Shown one piece after another: positions 51,245 through 64,000 of a stretch of DNA of 64,000 nucleotides (the first letter of the stretch is position 1; each line of letters begins with the position of its first letter). The notes beneath the pieces are model-generated. The model searched no databases, was not told the DNA's origin, and saw only the letters and a list, made by a program, of their open reading frames with translations. The stretch spans positions 19,344,001 to 19,408,000 of the forward strand of contig CM069143.1 of NCBI GenBank assembly GCA_035221665.1, written 5' to 3'. A program made the translations under genes and the position numbers. This stretch comes from Okamejei kenojei (lineage: Eukaryota).

Positions 51245-52649
51245 ACCACCGCTGTGCCTGTCGGCTCGTGGGAACGGAAGGGGATATATCTTGATTGCTT
51301 TGTTCGAGGAAATGGAGAAAATCTTGGGTAGAGGCTGGCTTGTTTCAAAGCCTGCCTGGGCTTGCTCTCTTGGGACCAGTTGAAGGCCAGTGATTCCCTT
51401 CAAAACAGAATTGATATCAAAACTAGAGCCCATCCATTTTTCCAGTCAAAAGCAAATGCAGCATACTCCATCATAATCATCATAATGAAGTGAGAGGGAG
51501 CAAAACCTTTTATAACTTACTGAAGAAGTCAAACACAATTAAGAATAATGGCATTAATCCAAGTGAGGATACCATGGTCTGAAGGTTACAGTGAAGGTAG
51601 TGCTGACAGAAGATGTGCAATCAAAATAAGTTAAGTGAGTGCATTTAATAAAAAAAAACAAATTATTGCTTCCTTTTAATATAATTCAGGTAGTTAGTAA
51701 TGGGCGTTATAAGCAATAATAATGACCAGAGTGCTGATCCATGAAATATCCCACTGGCAATCTCCCCTCATGATGATTCCTTTCTCTGTACAAACTTGCT
51801 TTTTTAATGATTCAACCAATTTATATTAGACTTGAGAATCTCTTGCTCAGAACAGAAATCTCCCGTGCCTCCCAAAGATGTGGATGAACTTTATTAACAT
51901 CTCTGCCTCTACTTCAGTCTATCTGTGGCTTTATTAACAACAATGAACCTGCGTCAGTCTATCTGATGAAAGGAATATCCTGGCTGTTATTTGGCTAGAC
52001 TGCAACATTGTTCTAGCTGGAGTTCCACCTTGCATCCTTATTATTCAAATCATCCAATACTCAGCTGCTGATACTTTAATTCACAAGCAAGAGAAAGGTA
52101 TCGTGCCGACTTTGCCATTTGGTAAGATTGTGGCTGATCTTTTTAAGTTAGCACACTTTCCAGCATTAAACCTGCATTCCTTGATAATTTTGCTCATAAC
52201 ATCGATTGTCAAGAACAAAATCACTGATCCACCTTGGATCTCAGCCTTGGACTATTCATCAACTTTTAAATTGTATTTACAAAAGTAGACAGTATTAAAT
52301 GGACAAGGTGATGATGTTTTCAAGAGCTTTCAGTAAACTCATTTTTCTCAAGAAGAAATCCTTTGTTTATGTGACAAAAAAATTCCAATATGCCATGTCC
52401 TCGTAATGCCTTTTCAGTCTCTTGTGTATCAGTAATGCCAGCTTGTGCTCAGCCAGTCCAATGTGTTCAGGCAGATGAAATGTGGACATGGTTCTACTTG
52501 AAAGACACTTCTTTTGAAGTTAAGCCTGTCATTACATTATAAAACTCAATTTGTCATGTGGACAACGTGCATATACATTTCATGTTTTAAATAAAATTGT
52601 AACTGTTGGGGTCCAGCAGCTCTAGCTCTCCGAAATGAGTGAGCATAAT

Positions 52650-53320
52650 ATAAGAAATAGGAGCAGTATGCCATGTAGTTCCTTGAACCAGTTCCACTGT
52701 TCAATAAGATAACCTGATTGTGGCATCAACTCACTTTCATGGCTGCTTCTCAACACCTTGGACTGCATTCCATTCAGACCTAAATTCTGAATCTGTCAGC
52801 CTTAAGTACATCAAGTTACTCAGCCTCAGCAGTTCTTTGAGGTAGAGAATGTCAAAGATGTACAACCATCCAACAGTATTAATATATCTTCCTAGCTCCT
52901 ATTATGAAGCTATGCCCCCTGATTCCCCAATAAGAGGAGATGTCTTAGCATCTACCTTGTTGAGCCGCTTCAGTATCTCGCTATAAGATCTTTAAAAAAA
53001 AATCAGTAGTGTCCCTGTGTATCTGAAGATCGTGTCCTCCTTGTTGGTAGTGATTGTGACTTCGGGAGGGATTTCAGGAGTAGCATTGTGCACCAGTGTC
53101 GCAGAGAATGAATGTTTACAATGGTGAATTGGTTACTAATCAAGAGACGTGCTATATTTTGAATGGAATCAAGATTGCATAGTTGGGGTGGAACTTGTTT
53201 AGGTAAGTGGTGAATATTGCATCAGATTCTTGACTGGTGCCTTGTACATAATACAAGACCTTGCGGTGTCAGGTGGCGAGTCACCTCTAATGTCCTTTTG
53301 TACCCATGATATTTGTGTAG
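52650..53320 (-). mobile_element. Old CR1 3' end plus L2/Crack-like RT C-terminal fragment
   Basis: MYKAPVKNLMQYSPL..LDSIQ remnant on the minus strand; similar remnant on + at ~63720-63950. Confidence 0.4.
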
Positions 53321-54370
53321 GAGTAAAACTGACCCACCTGGAAGGCATTGAAATGAATAATGACTTTGACCTTTTCAAGGTATATGATCATAAATTAGAG
53401 AGTGCTAGAGGCATACAGTGTTTTTATAAAGTAATAACTTAACCAGATGTAAATCAGTGATTTGTAGCCAAAGTTTGTTAACATATTTTTTGCATTTGTT
53501 ACATCAGAGACTAAATAAACTTTGGAATAAGTCACGGTTATCTTCATTTATATTGTGGAATATTCATGAGTGGGTTTGTACTTGTAAAATAGATCTGTGG
53601 AAGTTTAATTTGCCTGAAGGGTAGTCTTATAATAAGAACTATTGTATATATTGTATCTATTGAACAGGTACAGAAGTATTGTATATATTGAAATTTTTGT
53701 TTTAAAGCTTGTTTTCTACCTGTTTCCCTTTTTATTGCATGTATTTCAATCTTTGTCAAGGGTATGGATAGTTTTGTAGACTCTGAACCATGAGTTGTAT
53801 ACGCAATTGTATCTTGAATGGATTAATATATACATAGTTTATAAAGATAAACTGACTAGTTGAGCATTTATTAAAGTTTATTTGTTCAAATTACAAATGA
53901 AGCAACTTGATGCAGTTAATTTACTCTGCAGGCGGTTGTAGATACAAATGGACCGAGTGCAGTACATTTGACCTGATTAGAAACAGATTATCATTTTTCT
54001 TATAATTTGAACAGTTTTATTTTGCAGTAAACCATGTCTGTTGGTGTTAGTGTCAGTATGTAAAATATGAAAATTATTCAGGTTTAGGTCATTCCATCGT
54101 CACCATTCTTCCATATCTGTACCTGAATTACTAATGTCTATTTTAGGATAACTTTGATGTGCAAAATTGGAACCTCTCTTACCACTCTTCTGTCTATAAA
54201 TCACCAAGTAGTGCTGTTGTCATTTATTTGAACAATTGCTTCTTTGTATGTGGTTTCCTATTTAATTTTTGGCTAAATGTGAATATTTCCAGCTTTGTTA
54301 CAGATGCTTGCTAATATGTGGCGTCTTTAACAGTAAGAATTTCCGTGAGATTTTATTGCTGGAACTCTTA

Positions 54371-55112
54371 TCAGCCTGTCCCACTTAGGCGATTTTTCAG
54401 GCGACAGGAACGGCGATTGGAATGGGACTGTCAGAGTGGAACACATACACTCATCGCTTCCTTCACCAGCCAGTTATGCAGGTGGAGGGACAGGGCAAGC
54501 GGGGGGAGTGCTGTCTGAGTGAAATTCACACGGTGCAAAGCCAATGTGATACAGACACACACCACGATGAACAGGAAGGTCGACGCTGTAATTAAGATGG
54601 CGAAAGCACAGTGTACGGGAAGGGTCACTTAAGTCCTTTAAAGGGGGGGGGGAGAGACGGGGTGGGGAGAAGGGGTGGAGTAAACTTTTAAAAAGCCATA
54701 GATACACGGCTGTGAAGCTTGGCGGACAATAACATTACCGGTCGGATATCCTTGGTTCTGAAAACTACCGTTTACGTTTTTTTTCCAAATGACCCAATGC
54801 AATTCACCGGTCAGCACTGGCGACAACCTACGAGAACCTACGACCTCCTGGCAATCGACTACCACTGAATCCTTCGCACGAGAATTCTCGCTACTCTCCA
54901 TGGCGTCAAAATTCTGGTTGCCGCTAATTTTGCAACATGTTGAATAATTAGCGGCGACCAGATTGAAGCCGCGACTAGTTACGAGAATGCAGGAACTACT
55001 CACCACCATGCAGGCGACACCCCGGAAACCTCCGGCGAACATGTGGTGACCTTGTGGTGACCTCATAGTCTCCTGTAGTCAACTAAAAAGTTGCGTAAGT
55101 GGGACAAGCCCA
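54371..55112 (-). mobile_element. PIF/Harbinger-type MITE (inverted copy of 9899-10613)
   Basis: TTA|..GCCTGTCCCACTTA ... TAAGTGGGACAAGCCCA|TTA. Confidence 0.85.
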
Positions 55113-56240
55113 TTATTTTGCAAAACGAGAATTAATTTTAAGGATAAAGGGGACGGAGATAACTAAACAGGTCAAGTAGCATCTGTTGAAAAAGAAAGCA
55201 GAATTAGCATTCCTGGTCAATCGCCATCTATAAATAAACAGGGGGTTTATGTATGAAGGCTGGATGTTAACTTACTGAAAGCATGATTGCAAATATTGGT
55301 CTTGATCAGTTATATATAGAGATCCTTGAGGATTGTAGGCCTGGTTGGGAGAAGTGAGACACAGGATGAATTTGAAATCTCAGGAGAATTTTATAACACA
55401 GGTCTTGGCATTACATTTCAGAGAAAAAAAACATTGATGGATGAATGTGACTTGGCACTATTTAGGATTTGAGCAGAAGTGTCTCGCCTGAACTAAAGTT
55501 CATACAGTGCAAAGTGGGAAATGGGCCAGGGCAACTAGAAGAATAATGTCCAGGGATATAGAGTGGACAAAGGTTTCAAAGGCAATTGAGCTGATGCCGT
55601 TGAAGCTGCTGACTGCTTCTTGTGGTTCACACAATTGGGCTTAAGTCTTTAATGATTGATCTTTGTGTGTCGCACTATAAAATGAGTATTTCTGCACAAT
55701 AACAAACAAGATAAATTAATCTTATTCATACAGTTCAGAAAAATAACATGTAAGCACTACGATGAGGGGTGCAGCTTTTTAAAACCTCAAAGGCTGTGAA
55801 TTAAACAAATCTTGAGTAGTACTATTTTGAAAAGGAGAAGGTTCTTTCCGGGTATTCCTGGTTCATGTTTACCCCTTAATCAACAGCACATAAATATAGC
55901 TTTATATATTTTATCATGTGGAAATTCATGGAATCTTTGTACGTGACAACAACATTTGTGAAGCACTGGTTGGGTGTGATGAGCTTTAGGATCTCCCTAA
56001 GAGTGAAGAACGCTAAAATGCAAATGCTTTTATTTCATTACGTTCTTCATATCAATAATGAACTGTTTGGCCCCACTAATGCTCTTATCATCATCCTCAA
56101 ATACTGCAGAGCCACTTTTGTTACGTCTGTTAAATTTGCATATATTTTCTCTTAGTTCTGCTGAGAACAATTCAGTATTTGAGTAGTAACTTCATCATTT
56201 GTTCTAGTGTAAGTTGCTAGTATTTTTTTTTAAATTGCAG

Positions 56241-56342
56241 CAAAGAAGGATGAAAATCAAGTTGAGGAGAAAAAAATTGTGCCTGCTAAAAAAAAAGTGA
56301 AAGAGTTAAAGATTTTGGATCCCAAAACAGCTCAAAATTTAT
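56241..56342 (+). CDS. DIAPH2: Diaphanous-related formin, FH2-domain internal exon (xKKDENQVEEKKIVPAKKKVKELKILDPKTAQNL)
   Basis: Acceptor tttttttaaattgcag, donor gtaagt; 102 bp, phase 1-1. KKKVKELxILDPKTAQNL is the DIAPH FH2 motif. LDPKT and GSYR favour DIAPH2, but the paralog assignment is not certain. Confidence 0.9.
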
Positions 56343-56748
56343 GTAAGTCCTTTATATGCTATCAATTTCTAAGGATTACTGCATTGCATGCTATCTATTT
56401 TACATATGCACGTACAAATCAAGACCAGAAGTCGGCTACTAGCTTTTCAGTCCTCCTCCTCCATTTAATGCGATCATGCTAAACCTATTAGCAACCTCAA
56501 CGATTAATTCCCATGTACCCCATTTTTATAAAATAACTAACTACAAAGACTCGCAACCATTCCCGTATTGGCAAATATGCTATGATTTATTAACAAAGGA
56601 AATTCTACATGCTGGTAGTTTGAAAGACATCATGAAAAAATCTTCAATTTCCCAGCACAATATTTCAGTCATCAGCTGCTGATGTTTCTCTTAGTTTCAC
56701 ATTTTTTTAATTTGTTTGATCACAGTTTGTAATTATGTCATTGTTTAA

Positions 56749-56901
<153 letters not shown>

Positions 56902-57189
56902 TGAGGACATATCAATTTGATTGATTAAAGTGATACACAATGCTTTGACGTGCTCATATTTTACATGTTGAGGGTACTATATTGGAATAAAATTTTAATT
57001 GCTGTAAATTCCAATTCACGATTTCCCCCTGAAACAGTCCAGAATTTCTTTCTCTTTCCAATTTTTAAAATCATTCTTCTTGTGAAAATTATAGATGGCT
57101 TATTTTGAAATGATTTGTTTCAATCGTGCTTATTTAAAATATAATATTTTCAGCAGTTATTCTTCATGCAGAACACTGGCATTGCTTTC

Positions 57190-57495
57190 TAGTTTAGTTT
57201 AGTTCAGATATACTGCATGCAAACAGACCCTAAAGCCCACCGGGTCACCGATCACTCGTTCACACTAGTTCTTTGTTATCTGCTCATTGCAGACTCGGTG
57301 CAATTTATATAGGCCAATTAACCTACAAATCGCATGTCTTTGGGATGTGGGTGGTAATCGGAGCACCTGGAGGAAACCCACATGGCCACAGGTAGAATGT
57401 GTAAACTCCGCACAGATAGAATCCATAGTCAGGCTCGAAACACCGCTTTTGACGCTGCGAGACAGCGGCTCTGCCAACTGCGCACTCTGCTGCCC
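57190..57495 (-). mobile_element. tRNA-derived V-SINE/HE1-like SINE
   Basis: Minus strand reads GGGCAGCAGAGTGCGCAGTTGGCAGAG...GGGTTTCCTCCAGGTGCTCC...; (TAAAC)n tail. Confidence 0.75.
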
Positions 57496-57675
57496 AGATG
57501 CAGGTTAAGTTTAAGAATATTTTTCTTTGTTCTGATACAATGTCAGGTATGAAACAAATTACTGAGCAAAAAATACACAGTGATCTTGATGCATTGATTA
57601 TTTTTTTTAAAATATGCCTAAATTTCCTTTTCATTAACATCTAATGATAGAAATTGAGTCTTAAAACAACCTTTG

Positions 57676-57836
57676 GACAGCACAGTGGCGAGCTGGTAGA
57701 GCTGCTATCTCAGCAGCAGAGACCGGGTTCGGTCCTGACCTCAGGGCTATCTGTGTGGGGTTTACACATTTTCTCTGTGACAGCATGGGTTTCCACTAGA
57801 TGCTCTTGTTTCCTCCCACTTTTCAAAGACATGCAG
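57676..57836 (+). mobile_element. V-SINE/HE1-like SINE 5' half (3' half apparently at 61324-61461)
   Basis: tRNA-like head (A/B-box-like AGTGGCGAGCTGG, GGTTCGGTCC) ending ...AAAGACATGCAG; the matching tail resumes after 61323. Confidence 0.65.
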
Positions 57837-58195
57837 AAACTTTTTTTCTCTGTTGCCAGCTGGGCAACCTAGGCAGCTTTTTAGGTTGCCAAATGACAGT
57901 TTAGGTGCTCATTTAAGACGGCTTGCATGACACGTGCAATAATGTGCTCGGACGAAGTGCGTAGTTACCAGTCGGAATTATGGTCAATGAAGCATTCTCA
58001 TATTATTTCTGCCTCAAATAAAGTCACACACTAAACATATTCACCAATCAAGACATGATATATACCACAATGACATGCAGCAAAATTACAATACAGTATC
58101 TCATCTCTTTTTACACGTTCCAATGAATGCAATTTCTATTATTTCTTTCCACTTCGACACAAAAATCTGGTTGGATTATTCAGCGTATGATCAAC

Positions 58196-59575
58196 CTCGG
58201 TGAGACCAAGTGCAAGCTTGGCGGTCGCTTTGCACAACACCTCCACTCAGTTCGCAATAACCAACCTGATCTCCCGGTGGCTCAGCACTTCAACTCCTCC
58301 TCCCATTCCGAATCCGACCTTTCTGTCCTGGGCCTCCTCCATGGCACCTCATATTTTAACCATATAACCATATAACAATTACAGCACTGAAACAGGCCCT
58401 CTCGGCCCTTCCAGTCCGTGCCGACCATTTGTTTTCCTCTAGTCCCATCTACCTGCACTCAGACCATACCCCTCCATTCCCTTCCCGTCCATATACCTAT
58501 CCACTTTACTTTTAAATGTTAAAATCGATCCTGCCTCCACCACTTCTGCTGGAAGCTCATTCCACACAGCCACCACCCTCTGAGTAAAGAAGTTCCCCCT
58601 CACATTACCCCTAAACTCTGTCCCTTAATTCTCATGTCATGCCATATTTTGCTTGGATAGTTTACACTCTAGCGGTATGAACATTGGCTTCTCCAATTTC
58701 AGGTAGTCCTTGCTTTCTCTCTCCTTCCCCTCCCATTCCCAGCTCTCCTACAGCCTACTGTCTCCGCCTCTTCCTTTCTTTTTCCCGCCCCCCCTCCCGA
58801 CATCAGTCTGAAGAAGGGTCTCGACTCAAAACGTCACCTATTCCTTCACTCCACCCGCTGATTTTCTCCAGCTTTGTCTGCCAATGGGATCCCACCACTG
58901 GCTACATCTACCCATCTCCTCCCCTGTTGGCTTTCCGCAGAGACCGCTCCCTCCGTAACTCCCTGGTCAATTTGCCCTTCCCACCCAAACCACCCCCTCT
59001 CCTGGCACTTTCTCTTGCATCTGCAGGAAATGCTACACTTGCTGCGTTACTTCCCCTTTTGACACCATTCAAGGACCCAAGCAGTCTTTCCAGATGCAGC
59101 AGAGGTTCACCTGCACCTCCTCCAACCTCATCTATTGCATCTGCTGCTCTACATCAGTGAGACCAAGTGTAGGCTTGACGATCGCTTCGCCCAACACCTC
59201 CGCTCGGTTTGCAGTAACCAGCCTGATCTTCCGGTGACTCAGCACTTCAACTCCCCCTTCCATTTCGAATCCGACTTTTCTGTCCTGGGCCTCCTTCACC
59301 ATAAATTGGAGAAGCAACACCTCATATTTCGCTTGGGCAGTTTACACCCCAGCCGTATGAATATTGACCTCCAATTTCAGGTAGTCCCTGCTTTCTCCTC
59401 CGCTTCCCAGCTCTCCCTCAGCCCAGTCTTCCTTTATTCTTCCCCCCCCCCCCCCCCCCCCCCCCCAGCTTCACATCAGTCTGAAGAAGGGTCTCGACAC
59501 GAAACGTCACCTATTTCCTTTGCTCCAAAGATGCTGCCTCACTCGCTGAGTTTCTCCAGCATTTTTGTCTACCCA
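58196..59575 (+). mobile_element. Two tandem Penelope 3' fragments (GIY-YIG + pLTR); the first is split by a CR1 3' piece (58357-58642, - strand)
   Basis: GETK..L..RFAQHL...QHFNS occurs twice. Hammerhead cores at 58808 and 59481. CR1 piece flanked by CATATTTT repeats with an (AACCATAT)n tail. Confidence 0.8.
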
Positions 59576-59944
59576 TTCACACAAGTTCTGTTCTCCCACT
59601 TTCCTCACCCATTCCCTACACATTAGGGGCAATTTTACAGAGCCAAGTTAAGCTAAAAGCCAATGCGTCTTTGGGATGTGGAAGGAAACCCACATGCTTG
59701 CAGGAAAAATGTGCAAATTCAACACAGACAGTGCCCGAGGACAGGATCGAACACAGATCTCTGGCATGTGAGGCAGTAAGTCCACCAGCTGTGCCACTAT
59801 ATTTTATTTTCCAACATACAAAAAATTATACGTTGATAACTTTGGTTACTAAAAAAAGAAACTATCCATTTTCGGTCTTAAATCTCTAAGTGACGCTATG
59901 TCCCCATTTACAGCTACTGTATGTTTTAATTCAGTACAAGACTA

Positions 59945-60071
59945 TGGGGCAGTACATTGGCCATAAAGTTGCTGCCTAAAATTGCCAGAGACCCGGAATT
60001 GGTCCTGAACATGGGTGCTGTCTCTATGGAGTATGCTCCACATTCCAAAGGTGTGCAGGAATCTTTTTCAG

Positions 60072-60110
<39 letters not shown>

Positions 60111-60385
60111 CGGTATATAGTCACATATAAATATACGCTGTTTTGTTTTCTCATTTATAACATTGTTTACAGAGTACTATGTTTACATATTCTGTTGTGC
60201 TGCTGCAAGTAAGGATTTCATTATTCTAAATGGGATGTGAGAGAATAAAACACTCTTGACTCTTGACTTACGTCGCTAATGTGTGGGATAGAACTAGTGT
60301 ACGGGTGATAGGTGGTCGGCATGTACTCGGTGGGCCGAAGGGTCTGTTTCCACGCTGTATCTTTAAATTAAACTAAAAACACTAA
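59945..60385 (+). mobile_element. V-SINE-like copy interrupted by a Rex1 3'UTR fragment containing (TA)n
   Basis: SINE head 59945-60060; Rex tail to ~60268; SINE 3' end GGTGGGCCGAAGGGTCTGTTTCC...(TAAA)n. Confidence 0.6.
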
Positions 60386-61961
60386 AACCAGAGGAAATCT
60401 AAAGAAGGGTCTCTACCTGAAACGTCACCCAATTTCTTCTATCCAGAGATGCTGACTGCTCCATGGAGTTCCCCCACACAATTAAAGCATGGAATAGTCT
60501 TCATCCGACCATTGTTACCCAACCAGATGCAATTAAATTCAAGGTAGCTCTTATTTTCCTTTTTTGCTTAAGTCCAAGTCAAGAGTCAAGAGAGTTTTAT
60601 TGTCATGTTCCCAGATAGGACAATGCAATTCTTGCTTGCTGCAGCACAACAGAATATGTAAACATAATACAGAACGGGAGATAAAAGTTCAGTGGGTCTA
60701 TATACCATAGACCATATATATATATATACACAATAAATAAACAGATAAAGTGCAATAGGCTGTTATTTTTCAGAGTTTGAAATTTGGTTGTGGTGGGTCC
60801 ACTCCTGCTTAAATTCCATTTGGAATTTTTTTGGAGGACCAGGAAACCAATAAGCAAGAGTTACTCCAGGGAGTTACACCAGCTCCAGGGAGTGATTCTG
60901 CGTTGGTTTTCAGTGGTCGCAGCGAGGCGACGACCGGACAGGCGTGACAAAAGGAGGGAGAAAGTAGTCGACGCCGACCAGTTGCCTTGGCAGTGAGCAT
61001 GTGCAGGGCGGCACATGCGCACAACCACAGCCGATGATGTGCTGGCCGTGGTTGTGCGCATGTGCTGGGTTTGGATGTGCAGGCCGCGGCAGTGCGCATG
61101 TGTAAGGTGCCGGCTGTGCCGGCGGAGAGCGTACACCCAGACACGGATAGCGGGCGGAGACGGAGAGTGACAGAGAGAGAGATAGCGAGGGGGTCCCGCT
61201 GAGAGTTGAACGGCAGGTGTCCTGGTTGCTTGCCAAGCCGGGCAAAATAGCATGGCATTTAAGTTGCCCTGCGGCACTTTAGGTTGCCATTGGCACCTGG
61301 GCAACTGCTAATTTCAAGCCCTGCTTTGTATCTTAATTGGCCTAGGGTGATGGGAGCAGATGCGAAAGTCGGATAACATAGAACTAGTGTGAACGGGTGA
61401 TCGATGGACAACATGGACTTGGTGGGCTGAAGGACTTGTTTTCACACTGTATCTTTCAATCATCCAAACCTCATTGGTCTTTGAAGTATCCTTGCTATAG
61501 AATTTAGATAGTCTCTACATTGGACAGTAACTAAACAATGGTCCCTTAATATCATCATAATTTCAAAACATGAATCTCGCTGCAAATCTACGCATAATCA
61601 ATGCATCTTCAGTTTTTTCTCTTTTTGCAGAATTTGTTTCCCATGAGCAATTTTTTTTTAATTTGAATTTTTAGAATAGAGATCCTTTTGGTGAAAAAAA
61701 TACACTAGTTGCTGGAGTAACTCAGCAGTTAGACAGCATGACTGGAGAACATGGATAGGTTACGTTTAGGGTCTGGACTCTTCTTCAGACATTGTGGGAG
61801 AAGAAAGCCTGAAGAGAGATGGGGACAGGACAAAGCTGGCAAATGATAGATGGACACAGGAGGGGCGTTTAGATAGACAGATGGTTGGATGGATGACCAG
61901 AGAAAAAAACGGCAAAAAGTGTAAAATAAGAGGGGTAGGTAGAGAGTTTGGGGAGGGGTGT

Positions 61962-62750
61962 TCTTTTCAGAAGGCCTTTGATAAGGTGTCACACGTGAGA
62001 CTGCTAAACAAGATAGGAGCCCATGGTATTAGAGGTAATGTACTAGCCTGCATAGAAGATTGGTTGACTAGCAGAAGACAAAGAGTGGGAATAAAGGGGG
62101 CCTTTTTCAGGTTGATTGCTGATGACTAGTGGTGTTCCGCAGGGGTCGGATGGGTCCGCTACTTTTCACATTAAATGTTAATGATCTGGATGAGAAAATT
62201 GATAGCTTTGTGGCCAACTTTGTGGATGATACGAGGATAGGTGGAGGGGTAGGTGATGTTGAGGATGCAGGGAGGCTTCAGAAGGACTTTGTCAGATTGG
62301 GAAAGTGGGCAAAGAAGTGGCATGATTGGGTTAACGAATGACGAACGTTTGATGGCTGTGGACTAATACTTGCTGGAGTTTAGGAGGATGAGGGGGGAAT
62401 CCTCATTGTGACCTACCGGATTATGAAAGGCCTAGATAGAGTGGACGTTGAAAGGATGTTCTACTAATGGAAGAGTCTAGAACCAGAGGGCAAAATGGAG
62501 ATGGAGGAATTTCTTAAGCCAGATGGTGATGAATCTGTGGAATTCATTGCCACAGATGGCTGTGGAGGCCATTTGGGGCAGTTTTAAGCATAGATTGATA
62601 GGTTCTGGATTAGCAAGGGCATCAAAGGTTATGGACAGAAGGCAGAAGAATAGGTATGAGAGTGAAAAATTGATCAATCATGATTGAATGGCGGAGCAGG
62701 CTTGATGGACTGAATTACTTAATTCTGCTCCCATGTCTTATGATCTTATG
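61962..62750 (+). mobile_element. CR1 LINE fragment (RT with internal deletion, 3' end)
   Basis: FQKAFDKVSH, RRQRVGIKG, FVDDT; 3' tail (TCTTATG)n. Confidence 0.85.
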
Positions 62751-64000
62751 GTTAGTAGGTTGTCCATTTCAACGTGTCTTTGGCTGCAAACCTATCCATG
62801 CATTTGTCTCCTGATGTTCTGGAACTGATCCCACTCCTGTTGGTTCTGGATCTTCGCCCCGTCACATAGCCGACTGTTAATCCATACCTCCGGCTCTGGA
62901 TCACACTCTGGATTAATGCGAGAGCTAGATGTTACACCATTGCCTTTTTCAAAATATCAGTTCCCAGATTGCCACAGTTTGATTGTATTAATTATTTGCA
63001 GGAAATCGCTGTCAGGCCAACATTTTTTGCCCGTATTGCTTGTACTGTAGCAGTCCATCTGTTGAAGATACACCCACGGTATTGCGGTATTGTTAATGAG
63101 TTACGAGATTGTGTCCCAGTGATGAAGCAGTGCCAGGGATGTGTGTGACTTGAAGCAGAATCTGTTGCTAAAATTAGTGTATGCAGAGAGAAAAAAAACT
63201 CATGTCAATAAGTCCAGCTGTGCATATTGGCACTTGTCACAATGTAGGTCATTTCTTGCTTCATTTTTATTTGTGATACCTGCTTATTTCTTGTACTGTC
63301 TTGTGGCTGGAAGTGTGAATGGATTTGTTTGGCGGTGCGGTGGCACTGCAAATTGTGCAGCCATTGTTTACATTACGTTAGCAAGCTTACAAGGAAATAG
63401 GTGTGGAATATTAATTTGTTTGCCCTGAGATCTGGTTTGGACATGATGAGCCAAATGCCCCACCCCCTCCTCCCCCCTCCCCCATGTGGCAAATCTTCTT
63501 CAATGTAGCTGATTTTGAATCCTATGCTTGCTACTACCATTAGAATTATTAGATAATTATCCATTGGTTATCGTAAGAGAGTGTTAGCACATAGAAATAT
63601 TACTATTGTGCGACCATTGTTGTTGATGACCTTATGATTACCTTGGGATCATTTTGTGTGGTCAAAATTAGTTTGACAGACTAATTTTCCCAAAATTGTC
63701 ACCACAAGAGTGGGTCAGAGGTGGCTCTCTGTTGCAACTTACTGACATCCCAAAGCAGTTCCACTATTTACAATCCTCAAGCTTGGAGTACTCTCAATTT
63801 GCCTGAAATGGCTTTACTCTGGATAGTGTCATGCTCCTACAACAGTCAAGAAGCTTGTAACATTCGCGAGTAAAATTATTTGCTTGACCTGTACTCTATC
63901 CATCAAACTAAATATTCACACTCTCCAGTTCCCACATACTGTGGCCATTATAAATACTAACCAATTAGCTAGTTACGTGCCAAAGATGTTTAAGAGCACC

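Larger units (their letters stand above)
57837..61323 (+). mobile_element. Probable composite non-autonomous hAT element with nested Penelope, CR1, SINE and Rex fragments
   Basis: Right end AATTTCAAGCCCTG is an hAT-like TIR. GTTGCC/GGCAAC subterminal motifs at both ends. Left TIR and TSD not visible. Confidence 0.5.

Noticed and set aside
1-56240. Upstream DIAPH exon (..ENCFW..) or other host exons
   Set aside because: No matching coding segment with splice sites found by eye; presumably upstream of the window, though a small exon could have been missed.
56279-56482. ORF-track 67-aa ORF as a stand-alone gene
   Set aside because: It is the DIAPH exon read through its gtaagt donor into intron.
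57676-57750. tRNA gene
   Set aside because: Degenerate tRNA-derived SINE head followed by SINE body; no complete cloverleaf.

Overview
Eukaryotic, vertebrate DNA, most likely from a cartilaginous fish (skate/ray/shark-type landscape of CR1, L1/Tx1, Rex1, Penelope, V-SINE, Tc1, hAT and Harbinger repeats; this is inference). The window appears to lie inside a + strand Diaphanous-family formin gene, most like DIAPH2. Only two FH2-domain exons were found (56241-56342, 56792-56886). The rest appears to be intron, densely filled with decayed and nested transposons. Highlights: (1) a 146-bp TSD-flanked SINE-like element (20774-20919, - strand) whose first nucleotide is the predicted cleavage site of a compact HDV-like ribozyme, followed by a structured body and a (GAA)n tail; (2) minimal hammerhead ribozyme cores in about ten Penelope 3'/pLTR-derived repeats; (3) a multi-layer nest (piggyBac > Tc1 MITE > Penelope, plus hAT and mini-Penelope insertions) with TSDs readable for each inner insertion; (4) a Helitron-like element with duplicated 5' ends, an unclassified 1.36-kb TIR element, and a probable composite hAT carrying retroelement cargo. 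All calls were made by eye; no database searches or folding programs were run, and boundaries without TSD/TIR support are approximate.
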